This document shows positions 9,868-17,699 of a stretch of 25,268 bases of DNA, one piece after another (the first letter of the stretch is position 1; every line of letters begins with the position of its first letter). The stretch is taken from the IMG/VR virus record IMGVR_UViG_3300020042_003587, positions 1 to 25,268 of that record, one strand, 5' to 3'. A program made the translations under genes and the position numbers. The DNA is from a virus. Lineage: Duplodnaviria; Caudoviricetes. The notes under the pieces are model-generated. The model was not told the origin of the DNA and searched no databases. It saw only the letters and a list, made by a program, of their open reading frames with translations.

Positions 9868-10797
9868 ATGGCAACTAATTTAACCATTTCTTCAAGCTCA
9901 TATGCTGGCGAGTTAGCTCTGCCGTATATCAGCGCAGCGGTATTGTCAGGAGACACTATTGCTAACAACTACGTAACTGTTAAAGAGAATGTTAAGTACA
10001 AGATGGTACTTAAGACTCTTGCTTCCACAGGAATTGTAAAAGCATGGGGATGTGATTTCGATAACGCTGACTCTACCTTGACTTTGGCTGAGCGCGTATT
10101 GACTGTAACTGACCTTAAGGTAAATTTGGAAGTTTGCAAGGATCAATTCGCAAAAGATTGGGAAGCTGCTCAAACAGGCCGCGGATTTGCTAACGATACT
10201 ATCCCTGCTAACTTCGCTGATTTCTTAATCGCGCACCTTTCAGGTAAAGTAGCTGAGAATATTGAGTATACTTTGTGGCAAGGTAACTTTGAATCATCTT
10301 CTTACACTTCTTTCAACGGAATTTTGAAGGTGTTGGATACTGCTAAGAGTGGTACTCCTGACGTAGATTTCGCTAACGCATTCACTGCTGCTAACGTAAT
10401 CGCGTCTCTTGAGACTTTGATGTCTGCACTTCCTGCTGAATTGATTGGTGATACTACTGTTAAGCTTTACGTTAACCGTAAGACTGCTCAACTTTACCGC
10501 CAAGCATTAAGCGCTTTGGGTTACTTACAACAGTTCAACGCTGCTGCTAACTACCCTCTAATGTTTGATGGTTATGAGATTTATGTATGCCCAGGTATTC
10601 CTGACAACGTGGCTTTATTCTCTAAGCCTGAGAACTTGTTCTTCGGTACTGATGTAGTGTCTGACTTCAACGAAGTTAAGGTTGTAGATATGTCAACTAC
10701 TGATGGTAGCGACAATATCAGAATGGTTATGAAGTTCCGCGCAGGTACTCAAGTAGCTATCCCTACACAAGCTATCTTAGGATTCATGAATCCCTAA
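9868..10797 (+). CDS. Major capsid protein
   Basis: 309 aa after protease and scaffold. Strong codon bias (GCT/ACT/AAC/TTC), A-rich leader, LWQG...FNGILK and GYEIYVCPGIPDN segments, followed by a hairpin. Confidence 0.85.
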   Translation: MATNLTISSSSYAGELALPYISAAVLSGDTIANNYVTVKENVKYKMVLKTLASTGIVKAWGCDFDNADSTLTLAERVLTVTDLKVNLEVCKDQFAKDWEAAQTGRGFANDTIPANFADFLIAHLSGKVAENIEYTLWQGNFESSSYTSFNGILKVLDTAKSGTPDVDFANAFTAANVIASLETLMSALPAELIGDTTVKLYVNRKTAQLYRQALSALGYLQQFNAAANYPLMFDGYEIYVCPGIPDNVALFSKPENLFFGTDVVSDFNEVKVVDMSTTDGSDNIRMVMKFRAGTQVAIPTQAILGFMNP

Positions 10798-10806
10798 TTA
10801 ATACTC

Positions 10807-10854
10807 CTTTGTTAAAAGAGTGGGTTAGCTAATAGCTGCCCATTCTTTGCAAAG
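10807..10854 (+). terminator. Stem-loop after capsid gene (terminator or mRNA-stabilising hairpin)
   Basis: AAAGAGTGGG(10815-24) pairs with CCCATTCTTT(10839-48), inner AGCT/AGCT, outer CTTTG/CAAAG. The U-tract is weak. Confidence 0.6.
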
Positions 10855-10885
10855 AATATTTTAACTAATTTAATATAAAAAAACA

Positions 10886-11434
10886 ATGAGCTGTCTAACT
10901 ACCGCTGGATTCCAGATCAACTGTTCCGAAACGATTGGTGGCATCAAAGCTATCTACTTGGGAGACTATGCTACATTCGCTAACACTGCTACTATTGATC
11001 CTACAAGTAACTTAGTTACTGCTTTGACAACAGGAGATGTTTACGAATTTGCATTACCTAAGCACACAGGATCATTTACTGAAGAGGCTGCTATCAGCAT
11101 CGAGAATGGTACTGTATATTATACACAAACTATTGTAGCTTCATTCCATGGGATGAGCGCTGCACGTGCACTACAACTTCAAAATATCGCTAAAGGTCGC
11201 AACGTATTATTCGTTCAGGACAATAACGATAACATTTGGATGTGTGGCTACAAAGATGGAGTGCAAGTAACTGCATTCACAACTGCTACAGGAACTGCTA
11301 AGGGAGACCTTAACGGATACACCGTAACATTCACCGGAGAGGAGAAAGATAAGGCATACTTACTTGACCAAGATGCTGGAGATACTCCATTTGAAGACTT
11401 CACTACAGTTACTGTAGAGCTAGGTACATTGTAA
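10886..11434 (+). CDS. Putative major tail (tube) protein
   Basis: 182 aa, Thr/Gly-rich, beta-type (C...IGGIKAIY; GTAKGDLNGYTVTFTGEE). Codon bias similar to the capsid gene. Confidence 0.6.
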   Translation: MSCLTTAGFQINCSETIGGIKAIYLGDYATFANTATIDPTSNLVTALTTGDVYEFALPKHTGSFTEEAAISIENGTVYYTQTIVASFHGMSAARALQLQNIAKGRNVLFVQDNNDNIWMCGYKDGVQVTAFTTATGTAKGDLNGYTVTFTGEEKDKAYLLDQDAGDTPFEDFTTVTVELGTL

Positions 11435-11458
11435 ATAAATTTGTGCTATCTTTAAAGC

Positions 11459-11869
11459 ATGATTTATTTACTTAAAAATACAGCAGCACAGCTCCTCTAC
11501 CTTACACTAAAGGAAGGGGAGCTTTTGCTTGCTAATAGTTATACGCATTACCTGCTTGAGCTAACTAACGAGCAGACACTTCAAAAGCTTTATGCTATCC
11601 CAACTAAGATAGCAGAGAATGATAGGTATACTACCATTCAGATTGGCACGAATGCCAACACACCAACAGCTGCAAGCTTACTAATTAACTACCCAGCACG
11701 ATTCTCTTACATAGTGTATGGGCAAAATAGCAGCACCAACTTAGATCCAACAGCGGCCACAGTAGAAGGAGTAATTGAGAAAGGATATTTAATTGTTGAA
11801 GACATTACTACTCCTCGCTTTACTGAGCCTAATTTAACTATAGATAATGACATCACCTACAACGGATAA
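11459..11869 (+). CDS. Hypothetical virion protein (136 aa)
   Basis: ORF between tail tube-like gene and portal; beta-rich. Confidence 0.7.
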   Translation: MIYLLKNTAAQLLYLTLKEGELLLANSYTHYLLELTNEQTLQKLYAIPTKIAENDRYTTIQIGTNANTPTAASLLINYPARFSYIVYGQNSSTNLDPTAATVEGVIEKGYLIVEDITTPRFTEPNLTIDNDITYNG

Positions 11870-13625
11870 GATATCAGCTCCAATGCTGGTGAATCTTGGC
11901 GCAGCAATGCCGCAAGAAGCAGTAGAGAAAGAGACTCCTAAAGGCTTTGTGACTTTTGGAGAGGCTAATCTATTTCCTAATTACTTAATCGATTTGTACT
12001 ATAGCTCACCTGTGCACTCTGCACTGACAATGAGCATAGCTTTTATGATTGCAGGGAAGGAATTTAAGAGCTCTAATCTTGCTGCGCAACGTGAGATAGA
12101 CCGATTGAAATTAAATGCAATTAGAAGGCCTATAACGCTTGACGCTAAGATGCATGGTGGTTACTACTTAGAGATTATTTGGTCAGTAGATAGAAGCACT
12201 ATAGCTAAGATTAATCATCTTCCTTATGAGAATGTGAGATTAGCTGTAGCGAATGACGAGGATGTTATACCGGGAGTATATTACTCTAAAGATTGGAATG
12301 ACACACGCAAGAAGAAAAACATTCCTGCGTTTATCCCTATGTATAATCCAACATCTAAAGCTGAAGAGCCTTCTCAGGTGCTATTTGTTGGTATAATGAC
12401 ACCAGGCAGCGCCTACTATCCGAAGCCTGATTACTATTCTGCGATTAATTACATTGAAATCACTCGCGACATTAGCGAATTTTACCGAGCATTTTTAAGT
12501 AATGGAATGGCACCGAGCTACTTCTTGCACATGAATAACGGTATTCCTGATCCCGAAGAGCAAATGGCTATCCGCAGAAATTGGGAGACCATGGTAGGCG
12601 CTAAGAAAGCAGGTAAGGTAGTATTCACTTTCAACGAGTCAGCAGACCGCGCTCCGCGTTTAGACTTAGTTCCTATGTCAGATGCAGATAAGCAATGGCA
12701 AGAGCTTAGCGTGCAGTCAAGAGAGAACATCTTAGCAGCTCATCGCGTTACTTCTCCACTACTTTTTGGTATTAGAGACGCAGGTGGCTTAGGTAGCAAT
12801 GCTGATGAGATGAAACAAGCATATCGCATTTTTAATAAGAATATCATTGAGCCATATCAGCAAATCGTTACAGATTCAATTGAGGAAGTATTTAAAGGTA
12901 TGGGCATTATTGCTGATGTATACATTGAGTCTAATGATATATTCAGCGAAGAAATTCCTACGCCAACTGTTGCACAATCTGCAACAACTCAGCTTGAAAA
13001 AAAAAAGACTAATTTAAGTGATCCACAAGAGAAGCCTCCAATCTTTACAGAAGATGATGAGAATTGGTGGTGTGAATTCTTAGAAGATAAGGGCGAGATA
13101 GTAGATGAAGAGGAATGGGAATTAATCGAAGCTGAGCCTGTTAATTTAGCCTCAGTTAGAAGCTACGCTGATCCTGATAAGCCATCTGAAATGGATAGCG
13201 GATTGTATAAGATTCGTTACGCTTACTCTAAGAATCTTAGCGCTAATAGTCGCAAGTTTTGTAGACAAATGGTAAGCGCATCTAAAGCTGGTTACGTTTA
13301 CAGATACGAAGATTTGCAAGCAATGGAGCCCGATACGAATATCCTTAATCCTAACATGGGCCACAATGGCAGTACGTTCAGCGTGTGGTTATATCATGGG
13401 GGGGTTAACTGTAAACATTACTTTGAGCGCAGAGTATATTTCAGAAAGCGTGAGAAGGGAAGATTTGTAAAAGATAATGGCTTAGAGTCATCTGATCCTA
13501 TCTCAGTAGCAAAAGCTATACGTGCAGGCATGCCTTTAAAGGATATAGCTAAAGGATTTGCTACAGCTAATACTGCAACTTATGACCAATCCTCTACTCA
13601 TGGCAGATATCCAGGAACAAATTAA
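11847..13625 (+). CDS. Portal protein with C-terminal MuF / head-morphogenesis-like extension
   Basis: Residues ~1-365 look like a portal (FGEANLFP..L..LY..SP.H; YYPKPDY; NGMAPS; ILAAHRVTSP.LFGI; IIEPYQ). Then a linker and a ~200-aa domain with SRKFCRQM and GGVNCKHYF. Confidence 0.85.
   Translation: MTSPTTDKISAPMLVNLGAAMPQEAVEKETPKGFVTFGEANLFPNYLIDLYYSSPVHSALTMSIAFMIAGKEFKSSNLAAQREIDRLKLNAIRRPITLDAKMHGGYYLEIIWSVDRSTIAKINHLPYENVRLAVANDEDVIPGVYYSKDWNDTRKKKNIPAFIPMYNPTSKAEEPSQVLFVGIMTPGSAYYPKPDYYSAINYIEITRDISEFYRAFLSNGMAPSYFLHMNNGIPDPEEQMAIRRNWETMVGAKKAGKVVFTFNESADRAPRLDLVPMSDADKQWQELSVQSRENILAAHRVTSPLLFGIRDAGGLGSNADEMKQAYRIFNKNIIEPYQQIVTDSIEEVFKGMGIIADVYIESNDIFSEEIPTPTVAQSATTQLEKKKTNLSDPQEKPPIFTEDDENWWCEFLEDKGEIVDEEEWELIEAEPVNLASVRSYADPDKPSEMDSGLYKIRYAYSKNLSANSRKFCRQMVSASKAGYVYRYEDLQAMEPDTNILNPNMGHNGSTFSVWLYHGGVNCKHYFERRVYFRKREKGRFVKDNGLESSDPISVAKAIRAGMPLKDIAKGFATANTATYDQSSTHGRYPGTN
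12997..13012 (+). other. Candidate recoding site: A10 run containing in-frame A-AAA-AAG heptamer
   Basis: Zero frame reads GAA AAA AAA AAG ACT. The -1 frame reads AAA AAA GAC TAA (stop 13010-13012). The +1 frame stops at 13015-13017. Confidence 0.6.
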
Positions 13626-13636
13626 ACTATAACACA

Positions 13637-14209
13637 ATGGCAATAGCACCCGAAATACTTTTCATTAACGAGGAATTCCTTAAGAAATATACTCAGCTGA
13701 ATGAAGCTGTAGACACTAACTTAATTAGACCTGCAATGTACTTGGCTCAGGATAAGTACATTACTCTTTGGCTTGGAACAGACTTAACTAATAAGATTAA
13801 ATCTGAGATAGAGAATGGCACGTTAGCAGGAGTGTATGAAACATTACTTAATGAATACATCGTTAAGCCTACAGCGTGGTGGACCATGGTAGAGCTTTAC
13901 CCTATGCTCATGTACAAGCATGACAATGGGAACTTAGTTACTCGCCAATCTGAAAACACTACAGCAATCAGTAAGGGTGAGATGGATGCGTTAATAGACA
14001 AAGCTCGCGAGAATGCTAATTGGTACACTCAAAGATTAGTAGATTACTTGTGCGCTAATAATGCAGATTACCCTGAATACAGCTCTAATAATTGGCCCGA
14101 CATTCACCCATTACGCAAGGTGAATAGACAGAGCACTGTAGCTTTTAGCCAAGGTTATTCATCAGATAGCCCATGGAGCAGATTTAACGTGCGAGATTTC
14201 ACTAATTAA
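13637..14209 (+). CDS. Putative head-tail adaptor / connector protein
   Basis: 190 aa, helical, directly after the portal (LFINEEFLKKYT.L...VD..LI.PA...AQD..I...LG). Confidence 0.55.
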   Translation: MAIAPEILFINEEFLKKYTQLNEAVDTNLIRPAMYLAQDKYITLWLGTDLTNKIKSEIENGTLAGVYETLLNEYIVKPTAWWTMVELYPMLMYKHDNGNLVTRQSENTTAISKGEMDALIDKARENANWYTQRLVDYLCANNADYPEYSSNNWPDIHPLRKVNRQSTVAFSQGYSSDSPWSRFNVRDFTN

Positions 14210-14215
14210 GATTAC

Positions 14216-14329
14216 ATGACAAAGGAAGAGAAAACACGTAAAGACTATGAGCGTAAGCTTAAAGTCTACTTAAGCAAACGAGATAAAGAACTTAGAAAGC
14301 ATGAAAGCACCAACAATAGAAGAGCTTAA
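14216..14329 (+). CDS. Small basic hypothetical protein (37 aa, MTKEEKTRKDYERKLKVYLSKRDKELRKHESTNNRRA)
   Basis: Not in the ORF track. Fills the gap and overlaps the endolysin start. Confidence 0.55.
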   Translation: MTKEEKTRKDYERKLKVYLSKRDKELRKHESTNNRRA

Positions 14330-14846
14330 AGCTCAATTTACTGAGCTTGGCTACAAGTGGCCTACAATTCACATAGTAGGCATACGCTCTAAAGCTAATG
14401 AGCCTAATAAATTTGACGATCTAATAGGATTGGTGCAGGGCAACGAGGTGAAGTGGTACACCGGTACAACTAACCCGGGTACTTTTTGGCTGAATAATCC
14501 TATGAATAAATTAGGCACAGCTGTACTGAAGTGCGGACAATACGTAGACACTTGGGTAATAGGCTTGCATCAGGGTAAATACAGCGCTTTAATTCAGTCA
14601 AAGAAGGTTACTGTGCATAGAGATGCCGATAAAGATTCAGTAGCTGAGGAGCAAGGGAAAGAAGATACAGGCTTATTTGGAATTAACATCCATCGCGCTA
14701 ATGAATCTACTGAATCTAAGAATGTAGATAAGTGGAGTGCTGGCTGTCAAGTGCTGAATAATGCAACACAATTCAAAGAGCTTATGCAGGCATGTATTAA
14801 GTCGGGTAAAAAGTCATTCACTTACACACTACTAAAAGAGTCATGA
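14301..14846 (+). CDS. Putative endolysin with L,D-transpeptidase (YkuD)-like His/Cys motif
   Basis: GINIH-x14-SAGCQV resembles the Hx(14-17)[S/T]xGC motif. Directly upstream of holin-like and spanin-like genes. Confidence 0.65.
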   Translation: MKAPTIEELKAQFTELGYKWPTIHIVGIRSKANEPNKFDDLIGLVQGNEVKWYTGTTNPGTFWLNNPMNKLGTAVLKCGQYVDTWVIGLHQGKYSALIQSKKVTVHRDADKDSVAEEQGKEDTGLFGINIHRANESTESKNVDKWSAGCQVLNNATQFKELMQACIKSGKKSFTYTLLKES

Positions 14847-15016
14847 GTCAACAGCAGAGAATAGCAGAAGGAGCTACAGGAGCAATCAGCAGTATTTTAT
14901 TAAATATACCTGCATGGATGTTAGGAGTAGAATTTGCTTTGAAGATATTTTGTTTATTGCTATCAGCAGCTGCATCTATCTTCACCATCTATAAGATGTA
15001 CAAAAAGAAGCGTTAA
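14843..15016 (+). CDS. Putative holin / antiholin (57 aa, two hydrophobic helices, basic C-tail)
   Basis: Not in the ORF track. MSQQQRIAEGATGAISSILLNIPAWMLGVEFALKIFCLLLSAAASIFTIYKMYKKKR, with ATGA and TAATG overlaps on either side. Confidence 0.7.
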   Translation: MSQQQRIAEGATGAISSILLNIPAWMLGVEFALKIFCLLLSAAASIFTIYKMYKKKR

Positions 15017-15261
15017 TGAATTGGTTAAAAAGCATATTCAGTAATGATAAAGATGCCAGCTCTAAAAGAGTAGCATCTATCTTAGCGTTAGTAGTCTGCA
15101 TTAATCTTTCATACATCGGTACGTTTACTGAATATAAGACTCCTGAATACATGTTCGATGGCATGTTAATTTTAGCGGGTAGTGGTTTGGGATTAACAGT
15201 TATTGAGTCTATCTTTGATAAAAAGAAATCTAATGACACGCCAAACGAAGGATCAAATTAA
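15016..15261 (+). CDS. Putative holin (81 aa)
   Basis: SSKRV followed by two hydrophobic segments and a charged C-terminus; within the lysis cassette. Confidence 0.65.
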   Translation: MNWLKSIFSNDKDASSKRVASILALVVCINLSYIGTFTEYKTPEYMFDGMLILAGSGLGLTVIESIFDKKKSNDTPNEGSN

Positions 15262-15589
15262 GTTAGCTGTAGTATTCGGAGCAGCTGTATTTATCTGCAT
15301 ACTCATGCAGCTCATGTATATTAGAATTAAAGAAGATGAGAAAGCTATTGAAGGCTATGAGCGCAGAGCTGATAGAGCTACGCATGTTATTGATTCTTTA
15401 GAAGCTACCAATGTGCAGCGCATGCTTGAGATTGAACAACTGAATGTGCAATTAGAAAGAAATAAAGAAAGATATGAAGCAAACATTAGCGCTATTGATA
15501 GTCTTGACAGGAATGGCTTACGTAGAGCCATGCACAATTTACTCACAAGCCTTACCGGAGAGAGATACGCTGGTCAGCTTAACGACTGA
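15233..15589 (+). CDS. Putative inner-membrane spanin (Rz-like)
   Basis: N-terminal TM helix LAVVFGAAVFICILMQLMYI followed by a coiled coil. ATG at 15233 preferred over 15203. Confidence 0.55.
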   Translation: MTRQTKDQIKLAVVFGAAVFICILMQLMYIRIKEDEKAIEGYERRADRATHVIDSLEATNVQRMLEIEQLNVQLERNKERYEANISAIDSLDRNGLRRAMHNLLTSLTGERYAGQLND

Positions 15590-15872
15590 GCAGGTAAGAG
15601 CGCTACTAAAGTTAAAAGCTGAGCGCGATTATCTATTTAACGCAGTAAACATCTGCGCTAAATCGGATAGCGTTAAGGGTAAAGTGATTACTGATCAGGC
15701 TAAGACTATAGATGCATGGGCCATCACCAACGAAAAGACAGCTCAGCAGTTAGTTAAATCACAAGAGCAGCTATACAAAGAAGCTGCACGTAAAGAATCT
15801 TGGCGCAGCGCAGCGCTAATAAGTATACCTATCTCATTTATAGGGGGTATTATCTTCACTCTATTCTTCTAA
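15474..15872 (+). CDS. Putative spanin partner / lysis accessory membrane protein
   Basis: Signal-peptide-like N-terminus, coiled coil and C-terminal TM helix. Overlaps the upstream gene by 116 nt in another frame. Confidence 0.5.
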   Translation: MKQTLALLIVLTGMAYVEPCTIYSQALPERDTLVSLTTEQVRALLKLKAERDYLFNAVNICAKSDSVKGKVITDQAKTIDAWAITNEKTAQQLVKSQEQLYKEAARKESWRSAALISIPISFIGGIIFTLFF

Positions 15873-15919
15873 GCTAACATTTATTTGTTAATAACTTTGC
15901 TATAATTAGTAAGGTTTCT

Positions 15920-15950
15920 TTTGCTTTTCTAAAATATCGTAGTACATTTG
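15920..15950 (+). promoter_or_regulatory. Bacteroidota housekeeping-sigma promoter for the early operon
   Basis: TTTG(15920-23)-N19-TACATTTG(15943-50) matches the -33/-7 consensus TTTG-N19-21-TAnnTTTG. A second -7-like box, TAACTTTG, lies at 15892-99. Confidence 0.8.
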
Positions 15951-15972
15951 CTAAAATTAAATCAATAAGCAA

Positions 15973-16086
15973 ATGAAAAAAGCACTACTCTTCTTAGCCA
16001 TGCTGATCGCAGGCTTACTCATCGGAGGATCATTCGATGCAGACACTCAACGTTTAGAATCACAACCAAATCACATTAGCAAATGA
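15973..16086 (+). CDS. Small membrane/secreted peptide (37 aa, MKKALLFLAMLIAGLLIGGSFDADTQRLESQPNHISK)
   Basis: Not in the ORF track. First ORF after the early promoter, with ATGA overlap with the next gene. Confidence 0.7.
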   Translation: MKKALLFLAMLIAGLLIGGSFDADTQRLESQPNHISK

Positions 16087-16265
16087 AAACACTTTTTGAA
16101 ATTAAAGAAGTATGCCGCTATGATGGCACTCGTTACTTCCTGTACATTGATGGCTCATGCCAAAAGATGTTCTACACTTACGATGAAGCTTTCGCTGAAT
16201 TCACTTTAGCTACTAACTTCAGAGAGACTACTACAGTCTTAGTTAGCAAGGAGGTAGAGCTATGA
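16083..16265 (+). CDS. Hypothetical protein (60 aa)
   Basis: Coupled small ORF in the early operon. Confidence 0.7.
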   Translation: MKTLFEIKEVCRYDGTRYFLYIDGSCQKMFYTYDEAFAEFTLATNFRETTTVLVSKEVEL

Positions 16266-16492
16266 ATTTTCAAGTAGTAGTTACTCCATTGCGCGAGGAT
16301 AGAATCAGCATGTACCATCGCATGAAAATTCCTACATCATTTGACTGCGAGAGCTTCGCGTTAGCTCAGCAGATGGCACATCTTCTCTTTGACTTATACC
16401 AATTTAGAGAGCTTCCTTTATTCTTAGATGAATGGCCAGGTGAATACTCATTCGAAGGCGAAGGCTTTTTAATTGAGATAAAAGAAATTTAG
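16262..16492 (+). CDS. Hypothetical protein (76 aa)
   Basis: Coupled small ORF (ATGA overlap). Confidence 0.7.
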   Translation: MNFQVVVTPLREDRISMYHRMKIPTSFDCESFALAQQMAHLLFDLYQFRELPLFLDEWPGEYSFEGEGFLIEIKEI

Positions 16493-16517
16493 TATATTAG
16501 CAAACAATTTAATAATC

Positions 16518-16748
16518 ATGAATAAACCAAACAACATTACCGGAAGGGTAATCGTATCTCGGTGGGATGCCGAAGGATGCAAATGGAAGCTGTACACAAA
16601 TGCTCACAGCTACTCTCTAACTGATTTCTCAACAGCAAAAAAGCATGGTGAGGTATTCCCTGACGATGGCACTTTCTTATTCCAATTTGAAAGCGAGGGT
16701 GAAGAGAATGTACATGACTACTTTATGAGTGATCGCTATGTTATCTGA
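16518..16748 (+). CDS. Hypothetical protein (76 aa)
   Basis: ATG after an A-rich leader. Confidence 0.7.
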   Translation: MNKPNNITGRVIVSRWDAEGCKWKLYTNAHSYSLTDFSTAKKHGEVFPDDGTFLFQFESEGEENVHDYFMSDRYVI

Positions 16749-16893
16749 AAGAGCTAAGAGCAGATTCATCTGCGTGCAAAGTTCATTACCGGGAGAGGAG
16801 ATGAACTATAATGAGATGGCATCTAAAGTAGTCTACGAGAGCTGGCGAAGTTATTTCCAAAACAATCCTGATGAGTTACACAAGAGAAGTTAA
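16738..16893 (+). CDS. Hypothetical protein (51 aa, MLSERAKSRFICVQSSLPGEEMNYNEMASKVVYESWRSYFQNNPDELHKRS)
   Basis: Not in the ORF track. Bridges the two neighbouring genes with short overlaps. Confidence 0.65.
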   Translation: MLSERAKSRFICVQSSLPGEEMNYNEMASKVVYESWRSYFQNNPDELHKRS

Positions 16894-17497
16894 TTGGAAT
16901 AAGCTCAAGCCTACCATTGATTGGGATGAGCAGGAAGAAAAGTTAGCAGAAAAATTAGATAAGTATATTAATCAAAACAAAATAAAACAAGTAGTTATGA
17001 ATCAGTCAACAGTTAAAAGTCAGAAATTCGTTAGAAATTGGGATGGCCCATCAGGTACAATCTATTACTTTGATCTTGTATTAGAGAATGGTGAGGTAGG
17101 GCAAGTAGGTGTAAAGGACATGAATAGTCCTAAGATAGCAGTAGGCGCTACCATTCACTACACAAGTGAAGAGCGCACAGGCCCTACAGGTAGAAAGTCA
17201 ACTAACTTTAAACTACAAAATCCTAATCCATTTAATGGAGGAGGTAGCAGCGCAGCTCCATCAGGAGGAAGCTCATACGTGCCTCGCAAAGAATCACCTG
17301 AAGTTCAGAATTCTATCAGCAAATCAGTAGCACTTAATAACGCTGTATTGTTTTGCAAAGAGCAGAAAGGTGCAAAGCCAGGTGATGTATTAGATACAGC
17401 TGAGATATTCTTAGCATGGCTTAAGGGCGAGGCAGTAGAGGCAGTAGAAATTAAAGCAGTAACAAATGAAAGCAGCGACGATGAAATGCCATTCTAA
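16871..17497 (+). CDS. Putative single-stranded DNA-binding protein
   Basis: Beta-rich OB-like N-domain, Gly/Ser/Pro linker and acidic tail ending SSDDEMPF, typical of SSBs. Alternative start at 16997. Confidence 0.6.
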   Translation: MSYTREVNWNKLKPTIDWDEQEEKLAEKLDKYINQNKIKQVVMNQSTVKSQKFVRNWDGPSGTIYYFDLVLENGEVGQVGVKDMNSPKIAVGATIHYTSEERTGPTGRKSTNFKLQNPNPFNGGGSSAAPSGGSSYVPRKESPEVQNSISKSVALNNAVLFCKEQKGAKPGDVLDTAEIFLAWLKGEAVEAVEIKAVTNESSDDEMPF

Positions 17498-17699
17498 ATT
17501 AACACCGTTCCACAGCTGGGTACGCAGTCACTTTGTGACTGTGGCTCAGTTTGCGGAGGTGCTTGAGGTGAGTTACCCTACAGCACAGAAGTATATTAAG
17601 CAGCCACGATCTATGAAGGTAAGCGACATAGGTAAGCTGTCTAATGTTACTGAGGAAGAGATACCATACATTTTAGAACTAATGAAGGATAGCAAATGA
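17466..17699 (+). CDS. Helix-turn-helix DNA-binding protein (Cro/XRE-like)
   Basis: TVAQFAEVLEVSYPTAQKYIKQPRSMKVSDIGKLS. Start could be a few codons downstream. Confidence 0.7.
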   Translation: MKAATMKCHSKLTPFHSWVRSHFVTVAQFAEVLEVSYPTAQKYIKQPRSMKVSDIGKLSNVTEEEIPYILELMKDSK

